Source of the DNA: Rhizobiaceae bacterium
Lineage (GTDB): Bacteria > Pseudomonadota > Alphaproteobacteria > Rhizobiales > Rhizobiaceae
DNA length: 43,274 nucleotides
NCBI GenBank assembly: GCA_051959385.1
Contig: JBQCFH010000252.1
Span: forward strand, 1 to 43,274
Reading direction: 5' to 3'
Numbering within the stretch: position 1 is the first letter of the stretch; each line of letters starts with the position of its first letter. Made by a program: the position numbers and the translations under genes. Below, piece by piece: positions 20,407 to 29,545 of the stretch. The notes beneath the pieces are model-generated. The model worked only from the letters and a program-made list of their open reading frames with translations. It did no database searches and had not been told where the DNA came from.

Positions 20407-21714
20407 ATGTCCGAATCGACCGCGCCGCTCGACCACGCACGGGCGGCTGAGCTGAGCCCGATCAAGTCCTTCCTGAAGGCAACCGAAATCGACACCCGCA
20501 TGCTCGGCATGGTCGGGGCGATGGCGCTGATCTGGATCGCCTTCGATCTCCTGACCGGCGGCCTCTTCCTGACGCCGCGAAACCTGTGGAATCTTTCGGT
20601 TCAGTCCTCGTCCATCGCCGTCATGGCGACGGGCATGGTGCTGGTCATCGTGACGCGCAACATCGATCTTTCGGTCGGCTCGATGCTTGGCTTCATCGGC
20701 ATGGTGATGGGCGTCACCCAGGCCGAGTTTCTGCCCAGGCTGCTCGGCTACGAGCATCCTGCCGTATGGATCATCGCCCTTGCCGTCGGCCTGCTGCTCG
20801 GCCTCGTTCTCGGCGCCTTTCAGGGCTTCCTGATCGCTTATCTCGAGAGTCCGTCCGTCATCGTGACGTTGGGCGGCTTGCTGGTTTGGCGCGGCGCGGC
20901 CTGGTGGGTCACCAGCGGCCGCACCGTTGCGCCGATGGACGAGACGTTCAAGCTCATGGGCGGCGGTCCGCAAGGGTCCATAGGGGCGACCTGGAGCTGG
21001 GTCGTGGGCATCATAGCCTGCGTGCTCGTGGTGCTCGCTTTGATGAACGGCCGGGTGCAACGCAAGCGCTTCCACTTCCCCCTGCGGCCGATCTGGGCGG
21101 AATTCCTCCTCGGCGCCATCACCTGCATCGCCATCCTCGCGGCCGTTCTCGTCGCCAATTCCTATCCTTGGCCGATCGGCATCGTGCGCCGCTATGCCGA
21201 GGCGCACAACATCACCATGCCCGAGGGCGGTCTGTTCATTGCGCACGGGATCGCCATACCGGTGCTTATCGCCGTCGCGGCCGGTATCCTCATGACCTTC
21301 CTGGCGACGCGCACCCGTTTCGGGCGCTACGTCTTCGCCATCGGCGGCAATCCGGAGGCCGCCGAACTCGCCGGCATCAATACCCGCTGGGTAACGATGA
21401 AGATCTTCATGCTGATGGGCATGCTGACGGCGGTGAGCGGCGCCATCTCGATCGCGCGCCTCAACGCCGCGACCAACGCCCAGGGCACGCTGGACGAGCT
21501 TCTCGTGATCGCGGCGTCGGTCATCGGCGGCACTTCCCTGGCCGGCGGCGTGGGCACCGTCGCCGGAGCCATGCTGGGCGCGGTGCTGATGCAGTCGCTG
21601 CAGTCGGGGATGGTTCTTCTCGGCCTCGACACGCCGTTGCAGAACATCGTGGTGGGCGCCGTGCTGGTCGTCGCCGTCTGGCTCGATACCGTGTACCGCC
21701 GCAGAATCCAGTGA
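20407..21714 (+). CDS. xylH: Sugar ABC transporter permease
   Basis: [39 protein letters not shown]. Confidence 0.85.
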   Translation: MSESTAPLDHARAAELSPIKSFLKATEIDTRMLGMVGAMALIWIAFDLLTGGLFLTPRNLWNLSVQSSSIAVMATGMVLVIVTRNIDLSVGSMLGFIGMVMGVTQAEFLPRLLGYEHPAVWIIALAVGLLLGLVLGAFQGFLIAYLESPSVIVTLGGLLVWRGAAWWVTSGRTVAPMDETFKLMGGGPQGSIGATWSWVVGIIACVLVVLALMNGRVQRKRFHFPLRPIWAEFLLGAITCIAILAAVLVANSYPWPIGIVRRYAEAHNITMPEGGLFIAHGIAIPVLIAVAAGILMTFLATRTRFGRYVFAIGGNPEAAELAGINTRWVTMKIFMLMGMLTAVSGAISIARLNAATNAQGTLDELLVIAASVIGGTSLAGGVGTVAGAMLGAVLMQSLQSGMVLLGLDTPLQNIVVGAVLVVAVWLDTVYRRRIQ

Positions 21715-21721
21715 GGACGCC

Positions 21722-22513
<792 letters not shown>

Positions 22514-22540
22514 CGCGGAACGTCGGCTGGATTCCGGTCG

Positions 22541-22705
22541 TCAGCCGATCAATGCGCCGCCGAAGATCAGGAGCAGCACCAGTCCGATCAGCACGATGAT
22601 GATGAGAATGCGGGCAAGTCCGCCCGCCACCCCGGCGATGCCGGGAAAGCCGAGCAGGCTGGCGACGCCGGCAATGATGAGAAGAATGATAATCCAGCGG
22701 ATCAT
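22541..22705 (-). CDS. DUF1328-like small membrane protein (54 aa; not in the ORF track)
   Basis: Hand translation [54 protein letters not shown]; GGGGA RBS. Confidence 0.85.
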   Translation of the reverse strand: MIRWIIILLIIAGVASLLGFPGIAGVAGGLARILIIIVLIGLVLLLIFGGALIG

Positions 22706-22789
22706 ATGCTCGTCCCCACGCCAATGACGCTTGGATTTAGCTTCAAAAATGAAGGCAAACGAAGCCAGCGGGCGCCGGCCTCATGCGAT

Positions 22790-22822
22790 CGGGAGGCCTT
22801 CACGCGGGGTGAAAGCCTCCCG
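22790..22822 (-). terminator. Hairpin downstream of glycine-zipper lipoprotein
   Basis: cgggaggctttcac-cccgc-gtgaaggcctcccg on the minus strand (one G-U pair); no clear U tract. Confidence 0.5.
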
Positions 22823-22833
22823 GGCAGACGCCG

Positions 22834-23103
22834 TCAGCAGGGGCGTTCGTAGATCACGCGACGGCCGTAACGGTCGCGACCCCGGTAGCGGCAATAGCCG
22901 GGATGGTCCGCGGCCCTGCCGATCAGATAGCCGGCCGTGCCGCCGATCAGCGCGCCGCCGAGCGCCCCGCTCGTTGTGCCGGTCGCCAGGCCGCCGACCG
23001 CGGCGCCCACGGCCGCGCCGCCCACGCCCGTCTGCTCCGCGGTCGTGCATCCGGCCACGGCAAGCGGAGCAGCCGCAACCATTACCAAGATAAGCTTCTT
23101 CAT
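22834..23103 (-). CDS. Glycine-zipper lipoprotein
   Basis: Lipobox VAGC; GGAAVGAAVGGLATG...GALIGG; C-terminal Cys pair; AAGGAG RBS. Confidence 0.85.
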   Translation of the reverse strand: MKKLILVMVAAAPLAVAGCTTAEQTGVGGAAVGAAVGGLATGTTSGALGGALIGGTAGYLIGRAADHPGYCRYRGRDRYGRRVIYERPC

Positions 23104-23288
23104 CAACCTTCTCCTTGATTGAGCCCTTCGCGCCAAGCCGTTGCGGGCCTGGCTCCATTCCATTCGATGTTAATACAGCGGTTTCTTTACGGCTGTGTCC
23201 GGCGTTCCCGAGCCGGCCGCAATATAATGGCCGGACGTTTTCGCGGGAAATCGGCTAATGCCTCTCCTTTCCTCCAATTTCGCATGAA

Positions 23289-23313
23289 AACGAAAAACGG
23301 CCTTCTTTGTTCC
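23289..23313 (-). promoter_or_regulatory. sigma-EcfG promoter
   Basis: GGAAC-N16-CGTT on the minus strand, ~185 bp upstream of the lipoprotein ATG. Confidence 0.75.
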
Positions 23314-23382
23314 ATTCGCGGAATAAAAGCCCCGCCTCCAGCCCGAATATCCTTTCCGACTGTTCCTTCCCCGAGGCCGGAT

Positions 23383-24393
23383 TTACCCGGCCTCGAAATT
23401 GCCCGCCGGAACGACCAGCCTGTATTCGAGCCCCTCCTCTCCGAAAACGAGGTTGGCGCTTCCGCCGAGCGAGGCCGGCACCACGCGCTCAAGGGCGACG
23501 CTGCCGAACCGCTTCTCCTGCCGAGCGGCGGGGTCCGCGACGCTCGCTTCCGACCAGACGAGGACCAATTCGCCTTTTTTTCCCTGATCCTCGCTTCGCT
23601 GTGCCGAGATGGTGACGAAGCCGTCTCCTCCGGCGAGCGTGCCGTAGCTGACGGAATTGACGGCAAGCTCGTGCAGGGCAAGCCCGACATGGAGCGCCGC
23701 ATTGGGATTGAAGTACGGGTTCTCGCCCTGCAGGCGGATGTTGCGCTGCGGATCGGCGCAATAGCGGGCGACCTGTCCGGTGACGAGTTCCTGCAGGTTC
23801 GCCCCGCGCCAGTTGGACGACGTCACCAGATCCTGTGACGAGGCCAGCGACTGGATGCGGCCGCGAAAGCGCACCAGGAAGGAATCGATGCTGCCCGAAT
23901 AGCGCCCCGTCTGGGTCGCGACGCTCTGGATGATGGAAAGCAGGTTCTTCGAACGATGGCTGACCTCGCGCAGGAGCGCGCGCAAGGTCTGCTCCCTCCG
24001 CTTCTGCTCGGTGGTCTCGACGGCGGTGGTGAGCAGACCGCGAATGCCGCCGCCGTCGCCCCGGTCGGCGTCAACCCACAAATCGAACCATCCCGAGCCG
24101 ACGCCATCCGGGACCGCTATCTGGATCGTGCGCGACGTACCCGAAGCAAGCACTTCCTCTTTCACGCTCCGCAGGCGCTCGGCTTCCTTTGGTGGAAGAA
24201 AATCCTCGTCGCGGGCGCCTGGCACGACCCCGCGACCCCACGCCTCCGGGACGTTTCGGGTCCAAACCACGTGTCCGGCGGTATCCTGGTAGATGACGGA
24301 GATGCCGCAATTGTTCAGCGCTCTGGCAAGATTCTTCCCGATTTCCGCGTCAATTGGCGTCATCTCCTCCGTTGTCGGGGGACCTTTGCTCAT
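23383..24393 (-). CDS. PAS + HWE-type histidine kinase
   Basis: EVSHRSKNLL H-box, HELAVN, WSE; GGAG RBS before ATG 24393. Confidence 0.88.
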   Translation of the reverse strand: MSKGPPTTEEMTPIDAEIGKNLARALNNCGISVIYQDTAGHVVWTRNVPEAWGRGVVPGARDEDFLPPKEAERLRSVKEEVLASGTSRTIQIAVPDGVGSGWFDLWVDADRGDGGGIRGLLTTAVETTEQKRREQTLRALLREVSHRSKNLLSIIQSVATQTGRYSGSIDSFLVRFRGRIQSLASSQDLVTSSNWRGANLQELVTGQVARYCADPQRNIRLQGENPYFNPNAALHVGLALHELAVNSVSYGTLAGGDGFVTISAQRSEDQGKKGELVLVWSEASVADPAARQEKRFGSVALERVVPASLGGSANLVFGEEGLEYRLVVPAGNFEAG

Positions 24394-24423
24394 CTGCTCC
24401 GCAGTTCTGTCTGTCCGACGGAG

Positions 24424-24448
24424 AACGAGCGGGCCTGCGACAGGTTCC
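24424..24448 (-). promoter_or_regulatory. sigma-EcfG promoter of the HWE kinase
   Basis: GGAAC-N16-CGTT, 30 bp upstream of ATG. Confidence 0.8.
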
Positions 24449-24614
24449 AGCCAAGAAGGCCGGCGAGGCATTTGCCCCGCCGGCGCACCTGTCCCGCACG
24501 AAACGGATTGATGTCGGGATATCTCGGAAGCCGATGCAATTCGCCGATCGGCCGACGAAAGGATCGTAGGATTACGCTTGACGCGTTCGGCGCCCGCAGC
24601 CCTGAACCGGCGCG

Positions 24615-24782
24615 TCAGCGCGCGCGCCGGTAAAAGCCTGCCAGGATCGAGATGGCGAAGAATGTCGTCAGCAGGAGGGCCAGCAGCTGCACGACGCCGG
24701 CCGACGAGGCGGCTATGCCGCCCAACCCGAAAGCGGTTGCCATGACGGCAACGATGAAGAAAACAAGACCCCAGTAAATCAT
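24615..24782 (-). CDS. DUF1328-like small membrane protein
   Basis: MIYWGLVFFIVAVMATAFGLGGIAASSAGVVQLL; CAGGAG RBS. Confidence 0.85.
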   Translation of the reverse strand: MIYWGLVFFIVAVMATAFGLGGIAASSAGVVQLLALLLTTFFAISILAGFYRRAR

Positions 24783-24823
24783 TCCCAGTCTCCTGAAATC
24801 GGGCATACCCAACAGCGGGGGAC

Positions 24824-24848
24824 AATGGGTCCCGCCGCCATTGGTTCC
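24824..24848 (-). promoter_or_regulatory. sigma-EcfG promoter of the DUF1328 gene
   Basis: GGAAC-N16-CATT. Confidence 0.7.
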
Positions 24849-24958
24849 ATGTTGGGAGATGGCTGCCCGTCCCGGCAGCCATGTTGCGCGCCAATAAGAA
24901 TCAAATAGCGGCAAAATCACGGCAATAAACGGCGGCGCCTCAGCTGGCCGAATTCTTT

Positions 24959-25753
24959 TTACGCTGCAGCTTTCGCCTGGTTATCGAAGAAAAGCGCCTG
25001 GCTTATAAGTGCTTTAACCATTTCAGGATTGAAAGGTTTCGTTACCAGAAAGGCAGGGTCCGGCCTTTCCCCCGTCAAAAGGCGCTCCGGGAAGGCGGTG
25101 ATGAAGATCACCGGGATCGGGGAGCTCGCCAGTATGTCGTTGACCGCATCTATGCCCGAGCTTCCGTCGGCGAGCTGGATATCGGCGAGGACCATTTTCG
25201 GATTGGTCTTCTTGAAGATTTCGGCGGCTTCGCTGCGCGTCCGCGCCGTCCCGACCACGCGATGGCCAAGGCTTTCGACCATCTCCTCGATGTCCATCGC
25301 GATCAGTGGCTCGTCCTCGATCACCAGGATGTCGGTCGCGACCTGCCTCGAAATCTCAAGGCTCGCTTCCTGCAGAAGCGCGGAAAACTCCTCCTCGTCC
25401 ACATCCAGTATCTCGGCGGCTTCCTCGTCGGTGAAACCCTCGACCGCGACCAGCAGGAACGCCTGCCTGGCGCGGGGCGCGAGCGCCGACAGGTTCGCCG
25501 CCGCCCGCTTCTCCCATCCGGAGACCGGGGTCACCTGCGGGACGCGGACCGCTATCGTGCCGTAGAGCTTGGCGAAAACCTTGTAGAGCGCGACTCTGGT
25601 GTTCGATGCTGCGGGGAATATGTTTACGTCGGCGATAATGGCTTCCAGCACCGCCGCGACCAGCGCGTCTCCGCTTGTCTGCGAGCCGGAAACGGCCCTC
25701 GAAAACCGTCGGAGATAAGGCAATTGCGGCGCAATGGATGTAGACAAGCTCAT
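24959..25753 (-). CDS. phyR: Anti-anti-sigma factor PhyR
   Basis: Sigma-like N-terminus LPYLRRFSRAVSGSQTSGD plus receiver (IEDEPLIA, ADIQLADGSSG, FITAFPERLLTGERP). Confidence 0.97.
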   Translation of the reverse strand: MSLSTSIAPQLPYLRRFSRAVSGSQTSGDALVAAVLEAIIADVNIFPAASNTRVALYKVFAKLYGTIAVRVPQVTPVSGWEKRAAANLSALAPRARQAFLLVAVEGFTDEEAAEILDVDEEEFSALLQEASLEISRQVATDILVIEDEPLIAMDIEEMVESLGHRVVGTARTRSEAAEIFKKTNPKMVLADIQLADGSSGIDAVNDILASSPIPVIFITAFPERLLTGERPDPAFLVTKPFNPEMVKALISQALFFDNQAKAAA

Positions 25754-25798
25754 TCGATTCCTACTCCCCTAAAAACCTGAGTACAAAGGACGGAAAAA

Positions 25799-25823
25799 AA
25801 CGCAGCGTTCGCGAAAAAGTTCC
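25799..25823 (-). promoter_or_regulatory. sigma-EcfG promoter of phyR
   Basis: GGAAC-N16-CGTT. Confidence 0.88.
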
Positions 25824-25830
25824 ATGCGAT

Positions 25831-25855
25831 GGAACCCTTTTTGCCATAAGGCGTT
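25831..25855 (+). promoter_or_regulatory. sigma-EcfG promoter of nepR-ecfG
   Basis: GGAAC-N16-CGTT. Confidence 0.88.
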
Positions 25856-25944
25856 TAAGGCCGGATCGGGGTAGCGACAAGGGTGGGCTGGGCGTCGCCA
25901 TAGCGATATATATCCATTAGGACGCTGGGGGAACAAGGTTGGGC

Positions 25945-26148
25945 ATGACTTCAGGAACAAAGACCGCGCGTATGAAGCACAATGCGGCCCGCAGGGCGAG
26001 TGGATCGGAGATATTGGGCCCCAATTCGGAGATCGGGCGAAAGCTTCGGCAGTACTATGACGAGATCGCGGCGGACGAGGTGCCGGATCGGTTCGCCCAG
26101 CTCCTGAGCCGTCTGGAGCATGCAGAAAACACCACGGACAAGGAATAG
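25945..26148 (+). CDS. nepR: Anti-sigma factor NepR
   Basis: IGRKLRQYYDEIAADEVPDRFAQLLSRL; start could be 25972. Confidence 0.92.
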   Translation: MTSGTKTARMKHNAARRASGSEILGPNSEIGRKLRQYYDEIAADEVPDRFAQLLSRLEHAENTTDKE

Positions 26149-26151
26149 CGC

Positions 26152-26700
26152 ATGGCGTCCGCTTCGGGCTTCCGCAGCGACCTGCTCGCAGCCATTCCAA
26201 GCCTCAGGGCCTTTGCCGTATCGCTTGCGCAAAACGCCGACAAGGCCGACGATCTCGTCCAGGAGACGCTGGTCAAGGCCTGGGACAAGCAGAAGAGCTT
26301 CCAGCCGGGCACGAATTTGAAGGCCTGGCTGTTCACGATCCTGCGCAACGAATTCTATTCGCAGATGCGCAAGCGCGGCCGCGAGGTTCAGGACAGCGAC
26401 GGCACGATGACCGGCCGGCTGGCCGTCCATCCGAGCCAGGATGGCGCGCTCGACCTGCAGGATTTCCGCCGTGCGCTTCGGCAATTGCCGGAAGACCAGC
26501 GCGAGGCGATCATCCTTATCGGCGCTTCCGGCTTTTCCTATGAAGAGGCGGCCGAGATCTGCGACTGCGCCGTCGGCACGATCAAGAGCCGGGTCAGCCG
26601 CGGAAGGACAAGGCTTCAGGAACTCCTCGATATTTCCGGCGAAGCCGATTTCGGCCCCGACGCCATCGCGGCTCAGGTATTGGGCTCCAACGTGGCCTGA
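26152..26700 (+). CDS. ecfG: ECF15 general stress sigma factor (EcfG/RpoE2/SigT)
   Basis: LRAFAVSL..ADDLVQETL.KAW, FQPGTNLKAWLFTILRN, GTIKSRVSRGR; follows nepR. Confidence 0.95.
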   Translation: MASASGFRSDLLAAIPSLRAFAVSLAQNADKADDLVQETLVKAWDKQKSFQPGTNLKAWLFTILRNEFYSQMRKRGREVQDSDGTMTGRLAVHPSQDGALDLQDFRRALRQLPEDQREAIILIGASGFSYEEAAEICDCAVGTIKSRVSRGRTRLQELLDISGEADFGPDAIAAQVLGSNVA

Positions 26701-27077
26701 GTGTCGCTGCGCCCGATCGCTTCGCTGATCGCGCCGATGAGCGTCTCGGCGCTATAGGGCTTGCCGACCACCGGAATGCCGGAAAACTCGGCAAACCTGT
26801 CATCCACGTCATTATATCCGGTGGCAAAGACGAACGGCACGTTCTGCTGCCGCAGTTTCCGGGCGAAATCCAGCGTCGAGCGGCCGTTCAGCACGAGGTC
26901 GATCACGGCCACGTCGAAATGGTGCTCCGCCACCGCCTGCTCGATGCCGTCCAGCTCATGGACCAGGATCGCTTCCTCGGCGCCATGGTCCAGGCACAAC
27001 TGCTCTACATCCATCGCGATGAGATATTCGTCTTCCAGTATGAGGATATGAAATCCGGCGAGAGGCTTCGGGGCCAC
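26673..27077 (-). CDS. Single-domain response regulator, FATGY subfamily (SdrG/MrrA/LovR-like)
   Basis: LEDEYLIA, IDLVL, PFVFATGY, KPY; GTG start after AGGAG. Confidence 0.88.
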   Translation of the reverse strand: MAPKPLAGFHILILEDEYLIAMDVEQLCLDHGAEEAILVHELDGIEQAVAEHHFDVAVIDLVLNGRSTLDFARKLRQQNVPFVFATGYNDVDDRFAEFSGIPVVGKPYSAETLIGAISEAIGRSDTQATLEPNT

Positions 27078-27230
27078 GCTGTTCTCCTACTGAAACAGGA
27101 AGGCGCCTTCATGCAGCAGCCTCGCCACCCTGTCATTTAAAAAAGACATGGTGGAATTCTGTTTCGCGGAGGCCGATTACGTGGTTACGATGCGGCGCGG
27201 GTTAACCGCAATCCGGGCCGGAGCTTTCAC

Positions 27231-27986
27231 TTGACCGCAAATGGTTCGCATCTCAGGAAATGGGTCCATTGCGAGCAATGTCCCTTGCGCAAGCTCCCCG
27301 TCTTCCGGCCTTTCGAAAAAGAGGAGCTAATATTCATTAGCCGGTTCAAGACCGGCGAGCTGAGCGTCGACCGGGGCGCGACCTTGCTGGTCGAAGGCAG
27401 TCATAGCGCCCATCTCTATACCGCCCTGACCGGCTGGGGCTTCCGTTACAAGCTCTTGCCGGATGGCCGCCGGCAGATCCTGAACTATGTAATGCCCGGC
27501 GACTTGATCGGGCTGCAGGGCAGCTTGATGGAGGCCATGAGCCACTCCGTCGAGGCCTTGTCTCCGATGCTTCTGTGCGTTTTCGAGCGCGAGCAGCTCC
27601 ACGAACTCTACCGCCGGCACCCGGGCCTGGCCTACGACATAACCTGGCTTGCTTCACGCGAAGAGCAGATGCTGGACGAGAACCTGCTCAGCGTCGGACG
27701 CCGCACCGCGCTCGAGCGCGCCGCCTATCTGATCGCCTTCATCGCCCAACGGAGCGCCGCCGTTGCGCTTGACGCGGCGAGGCCGCTCGAAATTCCGATG
27801 ACGCAGCAGCACATCGCGGACACGCTCGGCCTTTCCCTCGTGCACACCAACAAGACGCTTCGCAAACTGGTCCACCGCGGCCTCATTTCCTGGCAGGAGC
27901 GGGGATGTTCGGTTCGCGACCTGCAGGGCTTGCTAGGCGTCGCCCGATGGGAAGGGACGAACGAGGCGGTGCGGCCGCTGGTGTAG
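27231..27986 (+). CDS. Crp/Fnr family transcriptional regulator
   Basis: CEQCPLR, DGRRQIL...PGDLIG, GRRTALER, TQQHIADTLGLSLVHTNKTL; TTG start. Confidence 0.92.
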   Translation: MTANGSHLRKWVHCEQCPLRKLPVFRPFEKEELIFISRFKTGELSVDRGATLLVEGSHSAHLYTALTGWGFRYKLLPDGRRQILNYVMPGDLIGLQGSLMEAMSHSVEALSPMLLCVFEREQLHELYRRHPGLAYDITWLASREEQMLDENLLSVGRRTALERAAYLIAFIAQRSAAVALDAARPLEIPMTQQHIADTLGLSLVHTNKTLRKLVHRGLISWQERGCSVRDLQGLLGVARWEGTNEAVRPLV

Positions 27987-29085
27987 CCGCTGCTCCGGCT
28001 TCGGCCGACCATTCCATCCCCGGTATGATGTTGCTGCCGATCGCATAGAGGATGAGCAGGGCGGGGACGGCGACAAATCCGCCGACCGGCCCCCAGATCC
28101 AGAGCCAGAAGGCGAGCGCGAGAAAGATGACGAATGGATTGAGCGTGAGTGTCCGTCCGAGCACCGTCGGAGTAACGAACTGCGACTCGATCAGATGAAG
28201 CGCCAGGAACACGATGACGGGAAGGAGCGTCGCGCCGAGCGTATCAAAGCTGACGACGCCGACGGCGAGCAGGATCACCGCCATCACCGCGGGACCGATA
28301 TAGATGACGAAGTTCAGCACGCCGGCGAGCGCGCCCCAGATCGCCGGGGAGGGCACGCCGATCGCCCATAAAGCCAGCGTGACCGCTATGCCCTGGCCGA
28401 TGTTCACGACCGTTATCGACAGGAGATAGCGCGAGACCAGATATTCAACGTCCCGGAAGATGTGGGCGACCCGCCAGCGCAGGCGCCGGTCGAAACAGAG
28501 GCGCAGTGCCGCGTCCCGGGTCCGGTGGCGCGTGGCCACGAAGAAATACCTGCCGGCGAAGAACAGGATGATCTGCGCCACCACCGCAGGCGCCAGGACC
28601 GCCACGTTTTCCACCGGCGAGCCGTTGTCGACGGAGACGGTGACATTGGAGCCGCCGGTGACGTTGCGCAGCTGATCGCGCATATGGGCGATGGCGTTGA
28701 GCGGAGCCCTGATCTGCGAAAGATGGAACTGGAGTTGGCGCCAGACCTCCGGCAGCCGGTCGAACCAGAAGGCCAGCGGCGCCGTTAGCGCGAAAGCGAG
28801 AGCGCAAAGGCACAACAGGAAAGCGAGGACGACAAGGAGGGAGGAAAGGGCCGGCGGCGCCCCCCGGCTCTCGATCTTCGATGCGACGGGGCCCAGCATC
28901 AGGCCGATGACAATGCCGAGCGTGATCGGCTCGAGGATCAGCCGGCCTGCATGAAGCGCGAATACGAACGTGATGAGCCCGACGAAGAGCACCGCTGCCC
29001 GGGCGCCATTCGAAAGAAGCAGCTCGAAACTCGATTTCGGCGGCAGCCGGACGATCGGGGGCTTCTTGCGGGCATGAACGCTCAT
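27883..29085 (-). CDS. AI-2E family transporter
   Basis: Multi-TM; VSRYL, LNFVIYIGP, ESQFVTPTVLGR.L.LNP, FWLWIWGPVGGFVAVP. Confidence 0.9.
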   Translation of the reverse strand: MSVHARKKPPIVRLPPKSSFELLLSNGARAAVLFVGLITFVFALHAGRLILEPITLGIVIGLMLGPVASKIESRGAPPALSSLLVVLAFLLCLCALAFALTAPLAFWFDRLPEVWRQLQFHLSQIRAPLNAIAHMRDQLRNVTGGSNVTVSVDNGSPVENVAVLAPAVVAQIILFFAGRYFFVATRHRTRDAALRLCFDRRLRWRVAHIFRDVEYLVSRYLLSITVVNIGQGIAVTLALWAIGVPSPAIWGALAGVLNFVIYIGPAVMAVILLAVGVVSFDTLGATLLPVIVFLALHLIESQFVTPTVLGRTLTLNPFVIFLALAFWLWIWGPVGGFVAVPALLILYAIGSNIIPGMEWSAEAGAAATPAAAPPRSSLPIGRRLASPAGREPNIPAPARK

Positions 29086-29117
29086 CTAGGCATGATGTTT
29101 CCGGGTTGGTTCGGCTC

Positions 29118-29142
29118 AACGTCGGCAGCCATTTTTCGTTCC
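29118..29142 (-). promoter_or_regulatory. sigma-EcfG promoter of the AI-2E gene
   Basis: GGAAC-N16-CGTT. Confidence 0.85.
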
Positions 29143-29149
29143 ATCTTGA

Positions 29150-29174
29150 GGAACTTACCTTGCCTACAAACGTT
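29150..29174 (+). promoter_or_regulatory. sigma-EcfG promoter of the DUF883 operon
   Basis: GGAAC-N16-CGTT. Confidence 0.85.
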
Positions 29175-29203
29175 ATGGCTGTTCACAAAGAGGAGGACAT
29201 CAG

Positions 29204-29539
29204 ATGGTTGCACCCGCCGGCGCCGGAAAGACACAGAACGATGCCAGGCGCAGCGCCGCCGAACTCGAGGCGCAGATCGAAATCCTGCGCGCCGAAGTGG
29301 CGAGGCTTTCCGAACAGCTCGAACGTTCCGGCGACATCTCGGTCCGCGCCATGAAGAAGGCCGCCGCCGCCGGCGTCGACCAGCTGAAAGCGCAGGGCGA
29401 GGCGGCCTACGAGGGACTGCGCGCCAACGCCCGCGACCTCGAGGGACAGATATACGCGACGGTTCGCGAGAAGCCGGCAACCTCGTTGGCGATCGCGGCC
29501 GGGCTCGGCTTTCTGCTAGCCATCATGGCGAGGCGGTAA
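29204..29539 (+). CDS. DUF883/ElaB/YqjD-like tail-anchored protein
   Basis: Coiled N-terminus, C-terminal VREKPATSLAIAAGLGFLLA; GAGGAGG RBS. Confidence 0.88.
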   Translation: MVAPAGAGKTQNDARRSAAELEAQIEILRAEVARLSEQLERSGDISVRAMKKAAAAGVDQLKAQGEAAYEGLRANARDLEGQIYATVREKPATSLAIAAGLGFLLAIMARR

Positions 29540-29545
29540 TCGCGC

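Noticed and set aside
27153-27178. Possible EcfG promoter for Crp/Fnr (GGAAT-N16-CGAT)
   Set aside because: Both boxes deviate from consensus; not counted among the nine.
27651-27664. parS-like GCTTCACGCGAAGA, and half-site GTTTCACG near 41529
   Set aside because: Too many mismatches or half-site only; inside coding sequence.
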